64,000 bases of DNA. Origin: Phoronis australis. Lineage: Eukaryota > Animalia > Phoronida. The DNA lies in contig NMRA01000121.1 in NCBI GenBank assembly GCA_002633005.1, forward strand, positions 346,434 to 410,433. The letters run 5' to 3'. Position numbers and translations under genes: made by a program. The notes under the pieces are model-generated. The model had not been told where the DNA came from and made no database searches. It was given only the letters and a program-made list of their open reading frames with translations. Below are positions 32,857 through 45,400 of this stretch, piece after piece (within the stretch, counting starts at the first letter, position 1; every line of letters begins with the position of its first letter).

Positions 32857-35599
32857 CCAAGTGTACCTGCGTTTTGCATTGTTTTGCGTATTGCGAGTTT
32901 CTTGGGTCTTCCGAACGCAGGCCTGAAAAACCAATCTTCAGAGCGTGCGGGCGAGGTGAGCTAATATTAGTACTAAGCTGGTAGCCAATGAAAATTCACC
33001 GGACTACAACAAATCTTTGCTCGCTGGCTCGTTATGTAACCGTGTGAGCCGCTACATTTTCGGTGTTAGCTACGAATGAAGTTGACAGGTTAGTGAGCAT
33101 TTCTCCTTGCTATGTACGGGTAACAATGAAGCGAGGGAAATCTCACTCGAGGCAGATACTAAAATTTCTGTGTCTCTGTTGTAACTATACTATCTTTTCT
33201 TAAGACAGCTCGGTTCGATCGTTAGCTTTTACGGGTGAAATGGCCCAACATCACGGAGTACGGTTCACTCCGGTTTCGTTACGAAGTCGCCACTGCCGGC
33301 TGATCCCAATTTCCTTTATCGTAGCTATAAATCGTGACAGTGTGACTTTGACTTACGAACTATGTCTGTCTCAACTTGAGCTCGTCAATAAATTTTAAAA
33401 TGCGGCTTTGAGTGTTTTTGACGTGTGAAGCCACGACGGAAGAATAGCTTGATGGTCTTGAAAAAAATATTTTTTTCTGTACTGCATTTATTGTTGCTGT
33501 GCTCATCCCATCGGCGATTTTTACTATAAACGTTTCTTCCTTTGCGAATGATGTGCGTGTGGCGGAGAAAAGACACAAATCGATGAACATGGAGTGTACT
33601 GCCTAGATTCACTGTGAAAAATATCGTTCAGTCAAGCGATTTGAGCTTGTAGGCCATCCGCTTAAATTATGGTCACGTGATTTTACCATTCGCTGAGCAG
33701 TCTACGTCTTTACCACTTCCTCAGCAGGATAGGTTAAGTTCCTCTCTCACGAACCTCGTGTGAGCTGTCTCACTCTGGTGGACTTTTTCAGTCTCGTATA
33801 GTTTTTGTGCTAGATGTATTTATATCTCGCTCCTTAAATTCTTTTCTTTCGAACACATTTTTACCTCAGTTTTCATTAATTCATTCTCAGACACTGAAAC
33901 CGGCGTTATGAGTGAGCAACAGACATCACTGAGTGAAGCCCATATGCTGCGTAGAACAGTGGTTTAAGCGAAAGAAACGTCTTTCGAATTCAAAACAGGA
34001 TTGCGGGGCGTTATAAAGAGAGCTTGTGAGAAATGAGGTGGTATTCGAAAGGAAAACACGCTCGTAATTTCAGCAAACGAGAGCCCACCACCTTTCAGAA
34101 ACACGGAACTATACAATGCAGCTACTGAGTTGCCTCACTTTCGAATTTCAATTCAAAACCAACATCTTTAGCCGTAAGGCAGAAATCGTAAGACTGGAAT
34201 CAAATAGATAATTTCATTCTGAACACGTACACGTATGAATTATGTTCAAAGCAGGCATACTTGTTTGTCACGTGGCAAATGCCCGTCACTTCCAATTTCA
34301 TGGTGTTTAGCCCAATGAGATAAAAACGGTATTTAGCTCATTAATTAGCCGTATGATAATAGCCCTCCACTTTTCCGAAACTATGCCTGGGCTTACTTTC
34401 CGGGTGTCAGAATTGTAAAAATCGTGTTTTTTTCATTCTAGCAATTTAGTGTGTCTCAATTGTCAAATTTTCACTTTAAGCATGTGTGTTCTACTTTAGA
34501 ACACAAAACAGAACACAAAATGTTGCATTTTGTGAACGTAGTTATAGTGTTCTGAAAAACGCAGCACTTCAAAGAGTAAGCACGCAAGCTGTAGAACGCA
34601 AAAAGGTGTTCAAGATAGAGCACGTGCCACGTAGTGTTCACAAAAGAATGCTTGTGGCGCATGCTATTCTTAACGGAAACTATCTTGGTGTTCTACCACG
34701 AGTTCGATGGTGAATATAATTTACGTGTTGCTCATGTTCAAACCATGACTATAGCAGCTGGTTTTTTCACAATAAATTGAATTTTTAACGTTATGCATGC
34801 CAGACATAAGGGTTGTCAGACGACATACCTAGCAACTAATGCGGAACATACATAAAAATACTTTCTATTGTAACAGCACGCTCTTTATTTTTGTTCATGC
34901 TAGAAGCCATGATGAACATTGATAAAGATTAAGACATCACTCTCACTCGTGTCAACTTATTTAATAAGCCTTTTAAAAGTGATTCGATGAGGCTTTGTAA
35001 TACAAAGCACAGTAAAAAATTCTTTCAATAGGTTGTTGCATAATGTTCATGCATTCGCTATTTTTATCAAAATGAGAATCTTACTTATTTTTTGAAAATG
35101 TGAAAAGCTCTGATTCTGCATATAATTTCGGTATGCATGGGTAAGTACCAGCTCGTCGCACCGACGCACCATGTGAAACAAATATCATGAAACAATACTA
35201 CAGACGGTAAGAGCTGACGGTATGAGTAAAGAGACTGTAAGTCATCAATGTCGCTTCATAAATACTAGACGAGAATAATACTACGCTTCAACTTTTAATG
35301 CATGTACTTGAATCCTTACTATAATACATTACGCAACAGTATGCTCTTACACATAAAAGCATTAAATGATAGAAATCCTTACCAATCTACACCGACGTGC
35401 CGTGAAAAACAAAAACCATCAAATACTGCGGACAATGAGCTGTATGCAGATACGTCCTCATGACACTTAAAATATACAATCAAGAATAATTCTTCCGTGA
35501 GAGACTAATTCATTGTGACGTTCATTTTGGCTCTCAGTAATTTATCATTCGAGCAACTGCGGTCTATTTTATTGTACTATCAAAACGGAACTGCTGTGT

Positions 35600-35760
35600 G
35601 AGAAATATTTTATTGTTTAGACCCCTATATCAGGAAAATCCTTGTGTTCAATGAACAAGCTTTATACTGAAACAGGGCGGCATTCAAGTGCGAAAGAATT
35701 TGTGGCATATGCAACACTGGTCAGATTAAAAACGAACTTCATTTTAAGTATCACTGTCCT
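35600..35760 (+). mobile_element. Non-LTR retrotransposon ORF2 C-terminal zinc-knuckle fragment
   Basis: ETGRH..ERICGICNTGQIKNELHFKYHCP (CX2C..HX4C) with a frameshift. Confidence 0.65.
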
Positions 35761-36201
35761 GTCCTGATGATGTGAGCCGAAATTAGCGGACAAAAATGAC
35801 AGGTGATGCAAGAGTATAGTCCTTCAGTTGTGAATTAAATAGCCCGGCGCTATGTCAAGATCAACAATGCCAGGCATTTTTTGATTCTAATCGTTACCGG
35901 CAAATTTCAAAAACCCCTTTTGCAAGAACGCCTCGGTGTACTCGGTTCTCTGACGTGGGCATTGTAACACTGTTTTCTGCGTACCATTGATGTGGGCAGG
36001 GAAAGTGGAGTTTTGTTGACATAAGTTGCTGTGCAAATGTACACTTTCAAACAAGCATTGAATTTGTGACTGATGGGACAAATCTACTCAGTCATGCTCA
36101 TACATACATACATTGATAAGCCGGGATGGTGGCGTGTACTAGTAGACATATACGTCTTCGTGTTGAACTTTTTATACCATGAAAACGCAAAAAATTAGGC
36201 A

Positions 36202-38399
36202 ATGGCTTCAAGAGTAACGATAGAAGATGAGTTTGACAATGTCTCCGTGCAGAAGCACGTGCCTGTCGACAAACACTTTGTTCACACTTCGCGAGTTGAA
36301 ATCGTTGATGTCAACGCTGTGATGCCGACAGAGGGCAATGATGATGTCGCTCGGGTTGATATTGTCGAAAAGCAGAGTTTGAAGCAGGACAGGCCTTTAC
36401 GTCCGACAATGGTTTACGGTGGACTAAAAAACGAGGAGAGGCAAAATGCCGAAGACAACTGGCATGGGATTAAATGGGAAGATTTCATGGCGAAAGATGG
36501 AAACTTTTTGCAGGGACAGGGAACACCATTCAAGAAAGACAAAACGTTCGGCAATGTTTATAAGCCTGACAATGAAAAGGAGTTGAGTGGAAGATCTTTC
36601 GTTGAAGACGTATCGGGTACAAAGTATTACCCACTTGCCTTTATCATGAGCTCTGAGGAACCGTATGAAGAAAATGGTTACCACACGCGGCGGCGACCAA
36701 CTAATACGGGCCGGGCTCGTAGGTGGGATGAATTCGAGTATAATGTCAGACGAAAGCCGTCTTTGTCGGACGAAGATAAGAACGGTTACTTCATTACCGA
36801 AGACCGTAGTGGGAGTCAGTTCAGTTTAAAATCGAACGTTGACGTGGGTACTGAAGAGGACGGACAATCAGCAAAGTCTGGCGCGAACAGCGAGGAAGAT
36901 CCTGCGCCTCTGGGAGACCAATCGGCTGCCGCAGATCACATTAAATCGCCTTTAGAAAGGATTTCAAGAGAACATATAATGGAAAAGGTTAAATCAAAGG
37001 CTATCTGTGGACAATACTTTGATATAAGTAAGTTTTTTTTTCTTAAAATTAATTCTGTTCTCAGAGCAAACGCTTCGATCACTCAAATGCAGTTCCTTGA
37101 AATACTCCCTTCGTGATAACCGCCACCTATTGTGCAATCCGCTTCTGACTTTTTAATGGCATTTCTAACGGATAACTGCCAGATAAGTACAGCTTTTCTT
37201 GATTATTTTTCTCAGGTTTTCTTGTTTCCCACCTAGTAAATTAATTGGATTTTTCTCCAAAAAGATGAATATTTAGTGCTTTTTAAAAAGCGTTAAAATA
37301 GAAAAATTGGTGTCGCAATATTGAGAATATGCTCTGATAACACCATTGACACTTATCCAGCAAAGTACTGATTATAATTCACCACTGTGATGACAAGCAG
37401 CTCTTAATACATAAACAATTGACATCAATCAAGGTGACGACAACTGGTGTATTAGTTTTTGTTAATTTTCCTCCTTCAAAATTTGCAGTTACCACCACTT
37501 TTACAGTTGTAAATTATAGCATAGTGTTAACTAGTGCTATTCCCACCAGGAACGTAGTCGAGGGAGGACGCGGTGTGGTGCACTTTTACCTTTTTATAGC
37601 CAGCAGACGCCTCGCTCAATGAAATGCATTCACCACCTTACTGTGGTTAAAATATATGTAAATTTCATGTTGTCTTTCACTCCTACAAAAACGAGCTTTT
37701 CACGAGATCGGCAAGACTGTTGAATTTCATTATGTCGTTCGGATGAAAAATGACAAATGTAGCGTGCGTAAACACAAAGAAAAACAAAAACGTCACGACG
37801 GAGCAACATGCGAAATTTTGCCAAGTAAACGGAATCCAGTGTCATATAAGTTTATAATTTTCCATGATTAGACTTATTACCACTTTCCCGATACACGTGA
37901 ACGAACAGTGTGCAAATTAAAATCAAAGTTGCTATCGTCTTAACCAAGAGCGGCGACGACCCTTGATAAAATGGTCCTCTGTTCGGTAGAAGGTGTATCG
38001 GTGCATCGCTTGCCTATGCTGTGCAGTGTACTATAAATAGATGTTCATTTCAAAAGGGATTTTATCTCACTCTTTTTATCGTCGCGTGTATTTTATTTCT
38101 TGTCAGAAACCAAGACGTTGATGCATTACGATGTACAAACGGGCGAGTTTCACGAGGACTTACCTGATTATGAAAAGCCGGAAATGGAAACCACAAAAAC
38201 TCCAAGTCGTGCAAAAACTGGGAATGGAACCATTACAAAAAACGGCGAGTCGCGACAGTCAAGACCAGTCAACAGTCATAGCAGTGGACGCGCTAACGAC
38301 AACATAGGCAATGGCGTGAGGTCACGTGGCAATAGTTCTGGTGGTGACTACAACAACAATGCAGTCGCGTCCAGGCAAACTAACAGAGACGCAACATAA
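36202..38399 (+). CDS. Uncharacterised hydrophilic protein, 2 coding exons (36202-37027, 38107-38399), 372 aa
   Basis: Long ORF with protein-like composition; donor A|GTAAGT at 37028 and acceptor TTTCTTGTCAG| at 38106 are both phase 1 and join in frame (..QYFDI-K-TKTLMHYD..). No family recognised. Confidence 0.78.
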
Positions 38400-38467
38400 T
38401 GATCTTACGCCAGGAAGAGATAAAATGTTTTAGTTCTATGTTTGGAGTAAGTTTCTCATGCCTTCTC

Positions 38468-38573
38468 AGTTGGTGTACCAGAACAGTTGGTGTACCTGAG
38501 AGTTGGTGTACCTGGAGTTGGTGTACCTGGAGAGTTGGTACATCTGGAGAGTTACTGTACCTGGCGAGTTAGA
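38468..38573. repeat. ~15-18 bp degenerate tandem repeat, ~6 copies, just downstream of the orphan gene stop
   Basis: AGTTGGTGTACCTG(G)AG units. Confidence 0.85.
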
Positions 38574-41500
38574 TACTTGAGAAGCATGTTGGCTATTGCA
38601 ATATTTTTTTCTTCACCCAATTGTTATTGAGAAGATCGTTTGTGAGAGTGATTCAGGACATTCATTTGCTTCCAAGTATCCAACTCTGAAGATACATGAA
38701 CTGAGAAACTTACTTTAAAAGAAGAAAAGGCGAAGCTGGATGTGAATTTTTTAGTTTTGGATGTTGCTGACTGAGACTGCCTTATTAGTCATTGTATTCA
38801 AACTCTTGCGACACAAAGGCTTATGGCATGGCAAGGGTTAGTTTTATAAGACGATTAAACGCCTGGCTGCTGAACAACCAGCGATCCATTGCCCAGTTGT
38901 GTGAAACAGTCCCAAATACAGGGACTCAACAATTTTCCTTTATTTTTATCGCACCGATTGTCCTTTCTTGCGTTTTTTTATTTTCATGACTAGGTCTATG
39001 TTTGGCTTTGAAACAAACTGAGGGTGAACTCTACCTCGAATTCTCCATATTATTGAAAATGAATAGGAATCTATTCATACAACGCCCCCAATTTAAGGCC
39101 GGACTAAGTCGCTGTTCATTTTCATTGAATAAAAGGCTCTGTTTACATATTAATTAATATAAAATGACATTGAGTCAAAGAGCAGGTGATTATATATCTG
39201 AGTAAACAAAGACACAAACTTGCAGTAGATTAAGGGAACTTTGTTGAGTTCCTATACATTGAGACTGTTTCATTAGTCCACTAGTCATTCTACGGATAAC
39301 CCGGAAACAACAGAAGGTTTTATTGCATAAATCGTATCCTCTCATACCCCTTAGTATAAGAAAAAAGTCTATCTTTTTGTTGAACATTTTTTTCATCAAA
39401 TTCATGTGAAATCGGCTGCCAAATTCTCCACTCATGTCAGTAGCAGACGAAATCTTTGCATGGGAACAACTGATAATATCTCCAATGGCAGAGAGCTAAG
39501 CCACTTCCTGCCCAATGTGATTCAGGGTTTGTGTACTGAATAAGCCAATGCTTCCATCAGAATTACATATTCTTCTAACAAATAATATTTTTGATGCCTC
39601 AAATTAATATATTTTACAGAAAAATAATTGAGTGTGTGAAATTCCTTATGAAAGTTTAATTAAAGCCTTTTCTGAAGAACACCAAATTTACGTTAAATAA
39701 TCTAAAATCTGATTAAAATTCCACATTTAATACCTAAATTTTAAAAACAAACTTTTTAATGAATCAACTCATTAAGTCTAACTGTAGATTGTAAAATGTT
39801 TTTGTGTAAACGCTTATCAGGTTACAAACAAAGTTTGCAGAATGCACATGCGGTAAATTGGAGTAATTTGTGAGTTGGCGACCATTTTGTCAACCACCTT
39901 GATTTTTTTCTCTCTAATCAGTGACCAACTGTAAGGTCCAGATATTTTCAATTGTTTAACTTGCAAACGCATAGAAATTTTGCCATTTTCAGTGCAAAAT
40001 ATGAAAAGAAATTTTGCAACATGTAGAAAATTGTCGTTTTGGCCACCATTTTGTCGGCCACATTGGTTTTACTTTAAGGAAAATTGGCATCGTTTGATTG
40101 GTATACCTGTCATGAAAAGACTAAAACCAAATGACAAACTTTACTGTGTTATTTTGACGGACATTTTTTCCGCCATCTTGAAAAACCGACTTCCGCCATT
40201 CCGATTTCGGTAGACTTTTTTCTGTCACCAATGGATGTTTGAAGATGCCATTTATGCAAAAAAACCTTCTGTTGCAATTTTTTCTAAGCTGGTTCCTCTG
40301 GAGCCCTACAATGATTGGACTACATGCAACTAGGCAAATTTGCGTAACCTTTTTACTCAAAAAGGCTTTTGTAAAACATCGGTCTCTTCACCCGAGACCC
40401 GGCACTCACGCACGCGCACGACATTAATTTCAGGGATATGATTACTACTTTCACCAGTTAAAGTTGCATTTCCTATTCAAAAGAAACGCGTTAATCAAGT
40501 CTTTCAACCTGGGCTAGAAGTGTTGCTGCCATTTCACCATCATTTGCAACATTCAGCTGGAACTGACGTATTCTGAAAGCGAATCGAAGATGTCACAATC
40601 TGAATGGACAGACCAGTCGGGAGCATAGACATCGCAGTATAATATGTCTATGGTCGGGAGCTTATGATTGTTCGACACATGTTAACTAGCAAATGTTCTA
40701 GATGTCTTAGTAGTCATAAAATAACGTAGTATTTTGGTAAGGTCATTTTTAGACCAACAGATTTTTGGACGCCTACATTAAAGGAAATGCAGTTTCGAAT
40801 GATGAAACGTGTTCATCTTGGGATCCATACTGACCAATAGCTCATTGCTGTCGCCACAACAACTGAAGACGAACATTTTATTGTAAACCTTTTCTTCATC
40901 TTTTGGATACGTGTTTCGAATAAAGGGAACAATAGTATAGGGAAGAGTAATGTAGAGGGCAGAAATGACAATAAATGAGTTGTGCCGATTTAATAATATT
41001 AATGAATAATAATAATAATGATGATCATTATTACAATTATTATAATTATTATCATTTTCGTTATTATTATTGCAAATTACTCATCGTTTATTCTTTCATC
41101 ATTATATTTAGCACACAATTAAAATATGTACAGAAATATATCATTTATCACCAATATTGAACATACACTGAGATAAATACAAAATATACTTATATCATTG
41201 TCCTACAGTAACACATAGACAGGAACACCATAAGCAGCTCAAAGACGGAGTAATTGTATCCAAATGACCCTTTAAAACTTTGGATAAAGTTTCTTCAGAT
41301 AAAACTGCAGAGAAAAATGAAAATTAATTTCCCAAGAACTTCACTATAAAAAGCTAAAGAAACTAATGTGTTTAACCTGGCAAACGGTGAGCATTTCTAG
41401 CAATATTGAAAAAATGAGACATTTTTAGAAATTAAAAAATGAAGGCGCTTTAATGAAAAATATGCTCTGTCAAGTGTCCAGTCAATAATTTCATACATTT

Positions 41501-42000
41501 TATACAACAATAAATGTTCTTATTGAGTCCTGTCGACTTGGTGAATAACATGATTTCCAATAAATACTTAACACCAAAGGATAACAAAAATATTCTATAT
41601 TTCTACCGCAAACTAAGAAACAAGTTTAAATTAAATTGTGTTATTTACATTAAATATTTACAAAAATAAAATGAAAACACTTCAATTTAACATTAAATAA
41701 GTACAAATTAGCGTGCACTAATCTGTTCTCCTCCAGTAAAATGAGAAAAACGAAGAAATCTCATCCAGTTATAACATGGTGCAATTCCGACTAAATTAAA
41801 ATAAAAAGTTACAATGTTAGTGTTTACACATATTAGAGACCTTGTAGCCACACGCATCACTGGTTATGGTCTATTGACCAACTGCTTGTTTTCATTGATA
41901 TATCACAAAATTGACTGTTGATATCATAACCATGAATCATACGTTGATTTTCGTGTCGAACACCAGACCATTCTTAGAGTGACGATCATGGGAACAGTTT

Positions 42001-42428
42001 TCAATGACGAATTTTGGGCACCCACACACTCTTTGGCTTGATCATCATGTTAACAGTTTTCAATGACGAGTGCTGATGGATCGTATTCCACTGTATTCCG
42101 TTGCGGTTCCAATAATCGTCATGGAAACCCTTCTGATAGTAAATACCGTTCAGGTGACTATGGTAACAGCTTCTGAACCACCATGCACCGTGGAAATGCT
42201 CTGCGCAATTGTTATAGATTCGTTGGTCGTTGTCTCTATCGTGTGTGCTGAATGGAATCCCGCTGTGATTGCTCCACAGTGACGTCAGTGAGTCCCCGGC
42301 GTTGCCATGGTAGCCGCTCACGTGAAGCGTGTACTTGTGCTCTTCATCGTCCACCTTGAAGTCGTCGTACTCTGCGTAATATTTCTTGCCGTCGAAGTCT
42401 TCCATCTCAATTCTCAACATGTAGTTAT
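42001..42428 (-). CDS. FReD gene exon 4 (terminal)
   Basis: [14 protein letters not shown]...[15 protein letters not shown]. Confidence 0.96.
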
Positions 42429-45400
42429 CTGGCAAGAGAATTTCGTTCCAATTAGAATTAAATTAAAGTTTATTGTCATCAACCGAAACATAGAGGACGC
42501 AACACGCAACATCAGCATGTATTTAAAAATCCTACACCAACTGCAGCTAAAGAAATAGTCTCAATTAGTTCCTTACTTAGATTTGAAGCAATTGGTGGGT
42601 TTGAGAAGAACTGACAGTTCGTTATGGCTTGAGACCGGACTCGTATCCCCAAAACAATGCAGCTGGAAATTAGGCTGGTTCCGCTAACGAACCTCAGATG
42701 GAGCTACTAGTTGATACCTTAGACTTTTGTCTCGACCAGTGAAGGGCAATTTGCGGCAAAACAAAACTTCAGTAACTTTCAAAACTAAGAACTACGATGG
42801 TTTAATTGGCTAGTCATGACCATGACGGCCGTTTTGGACCTGCGGTTTATGCACTAATGGTAATTAGGAAGAAGTTAAAAGATAAACTCAGGCAGGATAT
42901 ACAGCCACTTTAAAACAAGCCTCCCACACTACCTGAAAACGAAGAGGAAGAAGCGAGTTAAGTCACGTTTAGTTTAGACTGTCGGGAATTAACTTTCTCA
43001 AAATTAACCTTTGCGGCCAGCAAAAACTGTTTAGCGTATTAGAAAATGTTAGCCAGAATTTCGATTTCACCGGTGCGAACGGTAAGTACTCAACCACGTG
43101 TTACGGGCAAATTCTTGCAATTAATTACAACTGATTAACATAATTTTATTTTGAAAATAACCCGGATATAAATTAGACACTTGTCCTTCTAGCTCACTGA
43201 ATAGTACGCTCATCGCACTTTCGGAAAAATAAAGGCGTACAAACGGACAAAAACACGAAATAATGTCTTTGCCTACGTTTTGCCTAGGCGATAATTTGGT
43301 ACATCTAGGTAAAATTGGTGGACAGTAGATTAATTTTGTAAAATGTAATCCTTATACATCTACACGAAAAAAATCTCTATGTCATTTTTTCTTGGTTTTA
43401 TCGGTTAACCATAAAAGGAACCATAGTTAGTTACGGCCTAAAAGCAATCTCGAGGACGTTCATTCAGAAAAAAATAACTATGTAGACGCACGGAATTTCA
43501 TCATTCATTTCATGGGGTCAAGTTTTTGACATGCTTTGTAATACTATCAACATATGCGACACTTACCGAAATCGTTACGCCGAGGAGTTTAATTTCACAA
43601 ATGTAACGAGTGAGAGATCTTATATGTTCAGGCCATATTAATAAACCGTCTAAACACGTGTGTTTATTCTAATACAATCCTCACATCACTCCTGGCTGCA
43701 ACATGTCGAATTCATTAACTAGGCGGAGAGTTATACAGCAATGAAGATAACAGAAATTTAGAATTATTGAGCAATAGCTTTTAACCCGTATAGCAAGCCA
43801 GTGACGGACAAAATTGTTTCAAGTTGGATATACACAACGCCAAGAACAGTATTTGTGTTAAGTTAGTACACGATACCTGACAGGGCACGTCCCTATCAAT
43901 CCTTCCATGGGAGAAATGCCTGCCACGTCGTAGTTGTACCCCCGCGTATATTATTTCTTATCATTTATCGCTATTGCTACGATGAACTTGCATAAATAAT
44001 CTCGTCTTTTTCTCGTACCGTTTGCGTGAGGTCATTCGGTCAGTTTTGAGTGCAAAAAAGCAATGAAGCGGTTGACCGGCAACCAAAGAGTTATTAGAGA
44101 GCCCATCATTCGGTCGACTGCTGAAGCTAGACGACATTTATGAGCAGACTGTTTGTTGCGCGTGTTCATATGCCATCCCCGGGTCTAGCTTACATATTGT
44201 TTGTGCCACTGGACTTCCACAGCACCATGTTTCCTTTGCATAGCAAGTGTCAGATATATTCTTCTTTGAAAGATAATTTCGAATAAGTTTCATAATCTTA
44301 ATTGTTATTGTAGTCATAGTGTATACGGCCATTTATACCCCCATGTCAACCTTCAGAAAAATGTTTTAAAATATTTTTTCTCCTGTTTCCCACACTGTAA
44401 GCTTATGTGCAACGTTAACTTCCTGCACATGCGCAGACAAGTGTCGGTCGTACAGGTCTAAAGTGGATGCATGCTCTGTCACTGCCTTCATAGTTTTCAA
44501 CTAAAATACTAGGTTAACATGATATCAACACACAGAAAGGATTGTCCCAACCTTCACTGACATGGTACAAGGCTCCTTACTTTACTCAAACGTTTCACAT
44601 TCAGGAATATGAACGTGCACACTGCATTCATAACTGATCAACTGACAAATGTTATAAATAACAAGCTTCAAAAGTGATTTTTCAGATGTTCGACTGAAGC
44701 GCTCTTATGATAGTTTTGCCGCCACATGACATGCGTGTGTCATTGCGAGGGCGGGATGTTCACAAACCCAAACAAAACCGATCCAGAAATCAAACGAAAA
44801 CCAAGGTAATAATTCTCTAATTAGGTGATTAAGACAACCCCCAACGAGCGATTCATTTCGTGGGAAGTATTTCTGTGGTTTACCGAAGTCTTGCAATAAA
44901 CTGTTTTTCCGTTTTGTTTGATTCCGTTGTTTCTGGATGGTGTCCATTTAAACTGAAGGTTTAGAATCAACGAGGTACGTGGTTTTAAAACTAGTCTTTC
45001 AGGCATTTGATTTAATATTGAATTTCCATGTCTTCTCTCCATGGACAATGATAAGAAGTCGCGACATCACGCTTTCTTGAACGAACCATATCAGATTTTG
45101 AACTAAGGCATCAATTACATCCGTTTACCACAGTAACCAACTAAACATTTAGTTTAAATCTCTCCCTATGGGTGATTACGCATGTCAGAAACTCGCTCAT
45201 TAAGCCTACGCGTTTTTGGAAAGTCGTTTTTCATCAATATATAAAAAGAAGTGGATCAATTGTGGTATTTCAAGGAAAAGGTTACATCAAGATCGAAAAT
45301 AACCATTTATGACGAAGTAACTTAAGGTCTTTGTTGGAGGAGAGAAATATCGCATCTCCAAGTTTTCTAGCACCCGTACTCTTCGTGTTAAGTGTATGTT

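Larger units (their letters stand above)
30100..33672. repeat. ~1.7-1.8 kb direct duplication (30100-31796 vs 31876-33672) across the N at 31875
   Basis: Colinear and highly similar, with scattered substitutions and indels; duplicated spurious ORFs 31484-31736 and 33360-33612. Confidence 0.93.

Noticed and set aside
31484-33612. Duplicated 72-76 aa ORF pairs as a small gene family
   Set aside because: They only reflect the duplicated (probably allelic) segment; no motifs or splice support
35761-35792. Hammerhead-like CTGATGA..GAAA
   Set aside because: No convincing stem II or NUH triplet; at best a heavily decayed remnant
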